Virus record (IMG/VR): IMGVR_UViG_3300025087_000034
DNA length: 64,000 bases
Reading direction: 5' to 3' (one strand)
Source: a virus
Taxonomy: Duplodnaviria; Caudoviricetes
The translations under genes and the position numbers were made by a program. Under the pieces are notes generated by a model. It was not told the origin of the DNA. It did no database searches and saw only the letters and a list, made by a program, of their open reading frames with translations. This document shows, piece by piece, positions 38,261 through 49,100 of the stretch. How positions within the stretch are numbered: position 1 is the stretch's first letter; each line of letters starts with the position of its first letter.

Positions 38261-39028
38261 ATGCAATGCAGGTCTGGGATATACGCTATAATAAATATTG
38301 TTAATGGAAAATTTTATGTAGGGTCTGCTTGTAATTTTAGAGAGAGGTGGTCCAATCATATAAGGGGCCTTAATAAAGGAACCCACTACTCAGTGTATCT
38401 TCAGAGCGCTTGGAACAAGTATGGTAAGGAGAATTTCTACTTTGGTGTTTTGGAACCAGTGGAAAATATAGAGGATTTGGTGGGTAGGGAGGATTATTGG
38501 ATCAAATACTTTGATGCTGCCAACCCTAAAATAGGCTATAATATTTGTCCTACAGCGGGAAGCCTTTTGGGCTATAAATTCACGGAAGAATCCAGGCAGA
38601 AAATGTCTAAGAACAATAGGGGTGAGAAGAATCCTATGTATGGTCGTACAGGTGAAAAAAGCCCAAGCTATCAACATGCTAAGTGCTGGGAGTACGAGGG
38701 AAAATCCCAGCCTTTGTCTGACTGGGCGAAAGAGTACAATATAAGTCGGACAACCCTTGCCTTCCGAGTAAAAGAGATGGGCTGGTCTCTTGAACGGGCA
38801 CTAACAACACCTGTTCTTTCTCTGGAAGGGGAAAACAACTCTAGCTACCAGCGAGCCAAGTGCTGGAAATATAATGGAAAATCCCAGCCGTTGTCTGATT
38901 GGGCTAAAGAGTACGGTATAAATAGAACCACCTTAAACTTCAGGGTTAATGTGCTAGGTTGGTCCTTTGGACGAGCCCTTGATATCCCTATAGTGCCTAG
39001 GGATAAAAATAAACTTTCTATTGTATAG
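38261..39028 (+). CDS. GIY-YIG homing endonuclease with NUMOD3-like motif and duplicated C-terminal HTH-like module
   Basis: SGIYAI.N..NGKFYVGSA..FRERW..H; GEKNPMYGR; two copies of KSQPLSDWAKEY.I.RTTL.FRV...GWS..RAL..P. Confidence 0.9.
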   Translation: MQCRSGIYAIINIVNGKFYVGSACNFRERWSNHIRGLNKGTHYSVYLQSAWNKYGKENFYFGVLEPVENIEDLVGREDYWIKYFDAANPKIGYNICPTAGSLLGYKFTEESRQKMSKNNRGEKNPMYGRTGEKSPSYQHAKCWEYEGKSQPLSDWAKEYNISRTTLAFRVKEMGWSLERALTTPVLSLEGENNSSYQRAKCWKYNGKSQPLSDWAKEYGINRTTLNFRVNVLGWSFGRALDIPIVPRDKNKLSIV

Positions 39029-39035
39029 TTAATAT

Positions 39036-40079
39036 ATGGTTTTTCAAGAAACACAATCTCAAAATTTTTCCTTACCTATAGAAAAAGTTTCTATACTTAT
39101 AGATGAGATTAGTTTTGGTGGTAAGCTTGAAAGGATTAAGAATGGTAAAGACAAAGATGTTTTAGTCTATTTAAAGCACTGTTCTGGTCATGATAAGATG
39201 ATGGCCAATATGACATATGAGGTAGAATATTCTCGGGCTATTGAAGCAGGATTTTTGACAGTGGCACAAGCCACTGAAATACTTACGGCTAGGGGAATTT
39301 TTACAGGAGAGGAAGAAAAAGAAATAGGGGTATTGAGGGAAAAAGTCAAGGCCCAAGAAAAGCTACTTGAACTTATTACGAAAGTCCCGTCTCGAAAAGA
39401 GAAAGTGAAGGGTGTTATAGAGGATTTAAATCAGCAGCTTCTTGATTTAATCATTATAAAAGAGCAGCATTTAGATTTTTGTGCTGAAAAAAGAGCTCAA
39501 GAAGCTAAATTTAATTACCTATTGTGCAGAGGTATTTATAGACCAGACGGTGAAGAACTATGGTGGCCAACAAAGAAAGATTTTGATGGTGAAAAGGATA
39601 TTCTGTTTAAGAGTCGACTATATGCTAAATATATTCGTTTTAGTATGGGTTTGGATGTTGGGGTTTTAAGGTATTTAGCAAGACATTCCTTATGGAGAGT
39701 ACGGTATACTTCTGCCATAAAGCTTGGTGACTCTTTATTTAGTATTTCAATAAAGGACTTTTCTCCTGACCAACTAGCTGTTGTATATTGGAGCTCTTTT
39801 TACCAATCTATCTACGAAATGATGCCGTCGGATCGACCTTCCGACGATATTATTGAAGATGACGCTTCTTTGGATGCTTTTATGAAGAATTATTTTGATG
39901 AAAAATCCAGAGAATCGGCGGGGGAAAAAGGTACAAAAAGAGGTAAGGGTTTATCAGCTTGGAACCATGAAGAGACTATAGTTACTAAGTCGAATCCCAT
40001 TCGAAATGAAATAAAATATAGTCCAACAATGGCTGCTAAACTAGATAAAAAATCCACAGACGTTAACGTTAAAAAATAA
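39036..40079 (+). CDS. Putative tail assembly chaperone (paralogue 2)
   Basis: Directly upstream of the tape measure gene; N-terminal half similar to 37428-38234. Confidence 0.5.
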   Translation: MVFQETQSQNFSLPIEKVSILIDEISFGGKLERIKNGKDKDVLVYLKHCSGHDKMMANMTYEVEYSRAIEAGFLTVAQATEILTARGIFTGEEEKEIGVLREKVKAQEKLLELITKVPSRKEKVKGVIEDLNQQLLDLIIIKEQHLDFCAEKRAQEAKFNYLLCRGIYRPDGEELWWPTKKDFDGEKDILFKSRLYAKYIRFSMGLDVGVLRYLARHSLWRVRYTSAIKLGDSLFSISIKDFSPDQLAVVYWSSFYQSIYEMMPSDRPSDDIIEDDASLDAFMKNYFDEKSRESAGEKGTKRGKGLSAWNHEETIVTKSNPIRNEIKYSPTMAAKLDKKSTDVNVKK

Positions 40080-40109
40080 TTATATAAACGTCAATAAATA
40101 AGGAACGGA

Positions 40110-43100
40110 ATGGCAGGTAGTAAGAATAAATATATCTTTGATTTGCTATTCAATATTTCTACTCAAGGTGGCACTAAAGGGGGTGGTATTGGGGCCGGAG
40201 GTGGAGGAACATCCGCTGCTGCTACTGAGTTAAACGCTGTTCTAAGTTCATTAGTAAAAACCCTAAAAGATTTTCAAAGGGGTTTGGAGACTGCGTCTTC
40301 TGGGGCCTCTCACACGGGTGGGGGTGCTGGTCCTACCGTGAACACAGGCGAGGCAGGAAAGGCTGCTAAGTCTGCTGTAGATGCAACTACCGAGGCATTA
40401 AAGAGTGTGGCTGAGGAGGCTCAGAAAGCGGCTGAGCAAGAGGCTAAGGTCGCCTCTAAAGAGGCGGGGGCTGCTTTGGGTGATGTTGCTGATTCGTTTA
40501 AAACTTTAAGAGAAAATATAGGTAAACATCTAAGGGCATCCGAGGCTACAGTTGTATCTTCTGCTGTTTCTCAATATAGGACTGCAGCTCGAGCTATGTC
40601 CTCCCAGGTTTCTGAATTAAATAGGTCTAGTGTTACTGCAGGGGACATGGGTCTTAATAAGGTAATGGACAAGGTTCGTTCTTCCTTGCAGGGGGTTGAC
40701 GTAGAAGTTAAGCTCCATTTGGACAATCTTGTAAATATGTTAAAAGAGAGGGGGGCTGGAGGAATAGTTGCACCAGCTATTGTAGAGTCTTCAATACTAA
40801 ATTTGCGTAGAACCTTATCTTCTAAGAATATTGGTTCTGGTTCTGAGGCTAAAAGAGCTTCAGCAGTAGTAGAATCGTTTGGTAGAGAGGTTATTAGAAA
40901 GATACAAGATAACCTTGTTACTGAGTTAGATTCTTTGGCGTCCACGTTTGATTTAGCAGTTGGTGCAGGACAAGAAACTAAGGCTCGACAGTTATCGTCT
41001 AAGATATTGGAAAGTAGCCAAACTTTAATAAGTTTTATGGAGGCAGTAGCACGGGCGGGTGGGACTGGGGTTATTAATCCAGCTGTTATGTCTAAGGGTG
41101 GTCGTGGGGTGGCTCCTTTGGTTACTCCAGAGGCTAGTTTTTTATTTAGAAAGCCTAGTAATCTTGAAGCAGGTTTAAGTAGTACTCAACAGGAAGCTCT
41201 TGTTTTGTTGAGGTCTATGAAAGAGGTTCCTGATGTTACAGAGAGGGTCAGGCAGGCTTTTGCTTTATTGTATAAAGATGCAGGGGGTAACCTAATTAAG
41301 CTGCGTCAGAATTTTGGTGTAGTAGTAGAAGCGATGAAGACTTCCCCCCAATTTCAGCTTTTGGATAGGAGAGAGGCTGCTCTTGCAGCTAAAACCTTAG
41401 ATCAGTATGCCAAGGCTCTAGAAACCATTTCTATTTCTGGCGGTGATAAGATTAGGATTCCTAGGTTTATTACAGAGTTGGCTGGTAGTACAGGTAAGGC
41501 TGCTTTACAGGGTATAAATGCCTTAAGGGATAAGATAGCGGCCGCTGCCAAGATTTCTGGTGGGGCTCGTCAGGAGAAGGTTCTAGAGGTAGAGGACACT
41601 GCGGGTGGCCTACAAAAATATCTTGTATCTTTAACAAAGGCAGGCAATACTGCTGATAAGGTTAGGGTACAGGTAAGACAACTTAATAAAGAACTTAGCG
41701 CTAAGGAAGGTTTAACACTAGCTTTTAGAAGGGTTGCTATGTGGGGTTCCGCCGCCGGTATTGTTTATGGTGGCGTGGCTATGTTGCGTAGTGCAGTAAA
41801 GACTATGAAGGACGTTGAGTTCGGTGTAGCAAGTCTTGGCAAGGTTATGGTAGAGGCAGATAAGGACTTTGCTGCGTTTTCTGAGAATGTAATAAAATTT
41901 GCCATGAAGATGGCAAAGTCTTACGGAGCTAGCCTAGCGGAAGTTATTGGGGCTATGCAAATCTTTGCTCAGCAAGGGTTTGAGATGATAGACGTACAAA
42001 GGTTAACAGAGGCTGCTGTTCTTGCTGCAAATGTTACAGTATTAAATCAAAAAGACGCTGCTGAGGGTTTGACCTCTGCTTTGCATCAATTTGGAATTGA
42101 GGCATCAAATGCTATACAAATAGTTGATGCCTGGAACGAGGTAGCAAATAGAAACGCGGTAACCGAGGGTACTTTGACTGATGCTTTAAAGAAAGCGGGT
42201 TCTGCTGCTGCGTCTGTGGGTGTGAACTTTGATGAATTAAATGGTATGATAACAGCTATTGGAACGGCTACTAGGCAACCAGGTAAAGAAATTGGTACAT
42301 CTTTAAGATTTATTTTTCAGAGAACAGTTCGTCCCGAAACTGTGTCTGAATTAGCTAAGGTCGGTGTTATAACCAAGGATTTACAAGGCAATTTTAGGGG
42401 TTTTATGCCTATTTTGATTGAGTTAGCTGATAGATGGGACACTTTAACTAGAAGTCAAAGACTATCCGTTGCTACTGCTTTGGGTGGTGCTCGTCAGTAT
42501 AACTCCGTCTTAGCTTTGTTAAATAACTTTGGTTTGGTTTTGAAGGCTTCCGAGGAGTCATCTAACTCACAAGGGTCAGCTATGCGAGAAAACGCTCGCA
42601 TAATGGAAACAGCTGAGAAGGTATTTGCAAAGCTAAGGGCCTCTGCTGATAATTTAGCTGTAAGCTTTGGTAACACTTTATTACCAGTTATGAAGGGAGT
42701 AGCTACTGGAGGAGAGGTATTTTTAAATGTTATAAATGCTATACCCGATGCGTTGAAGGGTGTTTTAGCTGGCATTGCGGTGGCTTCGATTGGGTTTACA
42801 AGGTTTGCTTCCTCTATAGACATGGCGTTAACTTCTTCATTGGCTGCGGGTGGGGGCTCTATTGCGGGTGTTTTTTCTTCTATGGCTAAGGGTTTAGCTG
42901 GGGGGCCGAAGAACCAAGCTTTCTTAGAGAATGTATCAAAAATGGGCAAGTTGGACAAGATGTCTCAGAGTATGAAGGAAATTCCCGATTACTCTGCCGC
43001 TGCCGGTAAGCACCTCGCTGGTATGGGCGGTATCGTAAAGGACTTAAATGGCAACATAATATATAATGTAGAGTCCATGAGTAAGTTACAGTTGGCTACT

Positions 43101-46100
43101 CGTGGGGCACATTTGGAAATGTCTACATTGGCGGCTAATGGGGCAGTTGGTTTGGCTGCTTTGAATTCCCCCATTAATAAAGTCTTGGTTGGTTTAGGTA
43201 AATTTGGGAAACTTGTTTTTGTTTACTTATTTACCGGTTTGGGTAATTTAGCAGGGTTATTACCTGTTGTAGGTAAGGGTCTTAGGGATCTCTTTTCTAC
43301 GATGGTTGCAGGTAGAATAGCTACGTTGGGATTTGCTAGTTCCTTAGTTTTGTTTGCAGGGGTTGCTGCTGCAATTGGTGTTGGTATTGCGGCTTTGGTT
43401 AAGTGGGGAAAAGAGTCCGGCTCTGCTGGTAGGGTAGCTGAAGAGGCAGTTTCTTCTGAATTAGCTAAGAGAGAAGAAGTATTAAGGACAATAAATAAGC
43501 AGTTGTCCATGTATAAGCAGTTGGAGGTTCAGAGTAAAAAGGCAGAAAGGGGGGCACAAAAGACCGAGGACGAGCGAATAAAAGAGGCAGTAAATACAGG
43601 CGTTTATAAGTCTTCTAGTTTTGAGCGGTTAGAACTAGAAAAGGCAAAGCAGAAGCATGCTTTACCAATGGCAATGGTTTCCCCGGGTCTTATTGAGGGG
43701 TTTGATAAGTTTGGAAATGTTATAACTAAAGCTAGCTATGCTTTTGATGATTTTACTTCTTCTGCTATAAAGGCACAAGCTCAGCTGGTGGCTTTTTCAA
43801 GATTAAAGATAGCAGAGGGCTATAGTAAGGACGCTATTAAAGCATTTGATAAACTAACCGGGTCTATGGATGATATGGTGGCCGTAAAGGGGTTTTTAAG
43901 CCCCCAGACTGAGGGTCTGGGGATGCTTGTTGCGGGTATGGATTTATGGGCCGAGAGTGTTGATAAAGTTATATCAAAAGAGCTGGAATTAAAAACGGCC
44001 CTTTCACAGGTTGAAACACAAATATCTCGTATACCAAAGCAGGCTGGTGTAGAGGCTTTCGGTGTTTTTGGTTTTAATGAGTCTGTTAGTAAAGCGTTGG
44101 ATTTAGCTGCAGGCAGGCTTAGTCCGGCCTATTCAAAAACCTATGGTAAGACGCTGGGCGGTGGGGATATTTTGAATAAGATGTTTTTGCAGTCCAGGGG
44201 GGTTTCTGGTGCCGGGTACACGGGGGAGGAAACAGCATCCAAATTAAAGCAGAGAAATATTTTAGAAAAGCCCATCGATGCATTTTTGAAAGAGGTCAGC
44301 GAGGCTCGTAGGAAGATGAGGGGCGGTGAGCTTCTTATTTTTGAGGAAGGGTCGTCTTTTGGGTTTGATCAGGCTGTAATAAGAGTAAACCAGGGAGGGG
44401 AGGCTGTAGTCGAGGCTATAGATTCTAAGGGTAGGGATATAAAGGTATCTTTATTTGAGGCCTTGGCATCTGCTAGGAATGAGTCAATCAAGGTCTTTGA
44501 CCTCTCACAGCTTAGGCAGCAGGCTAGTGAGTCCTTATTGAGAGTTAAGAGGCAAATAGCCGGTGCGGGTGCTGGTTTATTTTCGTTTCCTGGGAAAATA
44601 GACTTTGGTGTTAAGTTTAATTTTGAATTGGGGGATACTGACAGGCTTCAGAAGGTAGGAAAGGAAGCTACCTCAATGTTGTTGGAGGTTTTTAAGTCAC
44701 AGACTAAGTATAATTCCGCTGTAAGGGAGTATCAAAAAACCTTGAAGCAGCAGGGTGTAGCGGGTGTAGAGGGGGTTATATCGACGCAGGGAAAACAGCA
44801 GCTTGATATTCAAGCCGTTACGATTTCTACCATTACCAACATTGTTCGTTTAGCTTCTGAGGTGGAGAAGCTCGGTTCCTCATTGGATAAGGCTGTTTTT
44901 AAATTAGAGGAAGCCCGTATTGGAGACAGGGTTGAGGCAGAGTTTGCTACTGTTTTTGGTAGCACGGCGGGTTTGGCAGATAAGCTTACAATAACATTAC
45001 CTAAGACTTTTGGTCAGCTTTCCCCAGCAGAAAGGGTTGTCCAACTTAGTCCAGAGTTTGCTATAGGCATGCGTTCTATGGATAGGCTGGTTACTACTTT
45101 AAAGGCTCAGATTCTTTCTACTCGTATGTTTAGTGGAAGAGACATCCCTAGAATGTTTAAAGACTTTACTGACAAGGATAGGGACGTGTTGTCTTCCGAG
45201 ATAGAAAGGCTGGGTGGGGATGAAAAGACTGCTACACAAAACACCCTTTTACTGTCAATAAGAAATACCAATAAAGAAGGGTTCGATGCTCTTCTTAATG
45301 CCCTTGGGGTACAAACAAAAGAGGTTAAACAGCAAGAAAAGAAAAATCCTGTTGATAAATTAGTTGATGCTTTTTCTGTAAACTTGGCTTCTGTTCTTGT
45401 AAGTAAGGGAGTTGGCCCTGTTTCTGTTGGTGATATAGCAGAAAGGGCTATGGCTGTTTCTAGGAGAGGGGCTGGGGTAGGTGGGCAGCCTATGGTTTCG
45501 GAGCCCGAGGTTTTTAAGGGTATAAAGGATGTTTTACGTAGTGCGTTTGAAAAGGGAGTAGCTCCAGAAGAATTATACGGAAAGGTGCTGTCTTTTTGGG
45601 AGAAGCTGTATAAAGAAGCACAGGAAAGGGAGAAACTAGTGAGGGGGGCGGGTGGTATGGCTAGTCCTGTTAGTCGCCAAGGTATCGCTCAGGCTAGGGC
45701 GTCGAGTGAAAACCTTGAAGTAATTAGGTCGTTTATTGACAATCTTAAAGAACTAGGTTCAGAAAAGTTTAAGGGTATATACGAAAGGGTGTTAGCACAA
45801 AGAAGTGTAGGGGCTGGTGGGGTCGGGGCTATTGATATTAGTAAGGCTGCTCAGACTCTTAGAATACAAGGGGAAAAGGCAGGTTTTAAAGAGACTGAGC
45901 GGTTGGTTGGTGCTACTGATGAGCTTTTAGTAGCTAAATTAAAGGAAGCTCAGATTAGTAAAGAAGCGTCTCAACAGATAGCCTTGTTTGCTACTAGACT
46001 TACAAGCTATTCTGATTCTTTGATACAGGGTTTTGAGAATATACCTCTTAAGGTTGGTGAGATTCTTTCTGCTGGAATGTTAAATGCTCCTATAGCAGGT

Positions 46101-49100
46101 GCGGCTAAAGGTGTGTTTGCTCCTAAGATACAATTAGGGAAGTCCGTTGATGAGCTTTCTCCGATGGAGTCCTTGGTTAAGAAGTTTCCCGAAGTTAGGG
46201 GTGTGGTGATTGCAGAATTAGAACGACAGGAAGCATTAAAGGTATTTTCCCAGCAACAGCAAAAATATCTACAAGCAGAGGTGGAACTACAAAGAGAATT
46301 AAACTCTGTGCAGGACCCACAAGGAAGAAAAGTTTTAGTAACTTTGCAGGAAAGGTTTAATAATCTACATATTTCTACAGCTTCTGCTGTAGGGGCTGCT
46401 AATGATAATATGGCTCCGTTTATAGAATCATTAACAGAAATGTCTCGTCTTGAGCAAGTTGCCAAGAACTTAGAGGATATAGTTAAGGGCCTTAAGAAGA
46501 TAAAGGATTTAAGGTTTGATGAGACTTCATTAGACATTGCTTTTGGTAAGCACCCACTATCTCCAACTCCTGGAGTTTTTGGTCAGCCAGCAGGGCTGAA
46601 TAAATATGAGCGTGATTTATATTCTATAGAGCAGAAGGGGAAGGGACCTCATACTTTAGAGGAATTTAGTAAATTAGCCATTCAAAAGAAGCAGGTAGAG
46701 TTTGCCAGAAAAGAAGCTTTAATTCAGTATACACAAGGGAAGGAAAATCAGAAGTTAGCTCAGGAAGTAGACGCCGCTAAGAGGGCTATGGGTATTTTAT
46801 GGGACGCCCAATATAAGGGTGTGGAAGGATTAAACCCCCTAATTAGTATGTTAAAGTCCGAGCTTTCTTCTGCTGGTGAGGTAATTAGTACTATGGGTGG
46901 GAAGAAAGAATTTAGGGGGGTTCCTGGTCTTTTTGGTGCGCGTGAAGAAATTGCTAAGGTTCAAGAGGCTGTAAAAGAGAGGGAGTTTGCGGTTCAACGT
47001 AAGGTAGTCATGCAGCCTTTAGAGGATTTAACTGCTACTGGTAATAAATTACTAGAAGAGATAAAGGGTCTTTTAGATACTAAAGGCGGCGAAGATGAAA
47101 AGAAGGCTCAGCAGATAGAGGAGGGGGCTTTAAAGGGTACCGGTGGAATAGTGGCGGAGGGAGTTAAGAATCTGTCTATGTTAGGGGATAATCTTAGCAA
47201 GGTTTTGTCCGGAGGGGTGGATAATTTTAGGACTATGTTTGACGCTATTGATGCTTTGTCTCAGGGAAATTTAAAGAGCTTTGGAACAGCCATAGACACT
47301 GTTACAAAGAGCCTGGCTGGTATAGTTGCAGCTATACCGGCCCCACAGAACGTACCTGCTGGGAGGCCTGACTTTTCTGCCTCTGTTGAGAAGCAGGCCT
47401 CTGGGGGGAAAATATCAGGTCCGGCCGGTATAGATAGGGTTCCTGCTATGTTGACAAGTGGTGAGTATGTAATACCAAAGGCGTCTGTTGATAAGTTTGG
47501 TGTTTCGTTTATGGACTCTTTAAAGAATGGTAAGCTTCCCGGGTTTAATAGGGGTGGGTTTGTTCGTAAATATGCACAGGCTGGTTTTGTATCTAAACTT
47601 ACTGATGATGAGAAGGACTATATATATGATTTTTATAAGGCAGATGCACAAGCAAGAGAGATAATAGAGGGTTCCTTAAGTAAACCGGTGGGTACTAAAG
47701 AAACTAATATATTTGCAAATTTAGGTAAAGTTTCTAAAGATAGAGAGGAATTATTAGGAGAAAGTGCTGGAGGGGGTGGTGGATTTATGAGGGGACCAAA
47801 TGGTGAAGTAATAGCTATGGGGGATATTGGTCGTATTAGGAGGAATGTTTTTTCGCCGGCGGAAAAAATTTCTAAACAACCAACAAGAGATTGGATCACC
47901 TCAAAACAACTTATAGATCAATATGATTCATTAAAGTCGAAAGAAGAACTACAAGAATTGGCTTATTCTGTTAAAAATGCCGGGAGTCTTCTTGGCCCAG
48001 AAAAGGACTTTGTAGAAAGTTTGAGACAAGGACTAGATCCTGGATTAGTTTTTCTAGGACAAATGCAGGGGCAGTTTGGTGAAGGTAATAAGATTATACA
48101 AGGCTCTTTGGAAAAGCCTGCTAGTACTACTATATCTGAACTTAAGAAAAAAGAGTTGGAGGCTAAAAAATTAGTTGGGGCAACTTTAGGTAATATAAAG
48201 GGTTTTGATCCTAGGGAAGTATTAGATAAAGAAAGAAGCAAGACTTTAGAATCATTGAAGAATCTTGGTGGAACTATTGGTGGTTTTATAGGAAAGCAGT
48301 TTGATCCAGATGATGCTATGATAAAGGAAATGACGAAGGGTGAGGATACATGGAAGGATTTTGGTAAGGGTGTGGGTAGGGGGTCTATGGGGCTGGTTTC
48401 AGATGTATTGTCTGGTGATATATTGGAGAAAACAGTTAAGGGGGCAATCGATTTTTCTAAGGTTGCTGCTAAGATAGGGTGGGAACAGGTTACTACAAGT
48501 CCAATAGAAACAGCAATAAAGGGGGAAAAATCCACTGCTCTTAAGTTGTGGGAGGGTATATGGGGGGCACCTTTAGGACAAAAGGGGGAGATGTTGGGTG
48601 GGTTGTTACCTAGTTTATTGTTACCGGGGGCCGGTGTTAAGGTAGCCGGTAAAGCAGGTAATCTTAAGGGGGGGTTAAAATCCAGGAAGAAGGTTACGGG
48701 TAAAAAAGCTGATATTACGGAAGCCCAGTGGTTAGATATTGTTAGGGCTTTTAAGGAGGAGGGGCTTTTTGTTGACCCTCTTCTTAAGAGTGGCACCATT
48801 ACTGGTGGTGGTTCTAGGGTAGGCCCTAATGTCGGTGGGTTATCAAAGGTTATGGTTGATAGGGGGCAGTTGTATGGTCAAGTAGGTATGGGTAAGTTAA
48901 TGGCCCCAGATTTAGCCCCAGTTAAGGGAAGAATGTCTAGATATATGGGAGAGGCTCGTAAGATTGTGGGGGATGTAGGAGTACCGAGGGGAGAGAGTAA
49001 GGGGAACCTTATTGGTTATGTGGAAACTCTTCTATCTAAGGGTGTTTCAAAAGATGAAATAACTAATATGTTAGCTAGCACACAACGTATGAGTAGGGGC

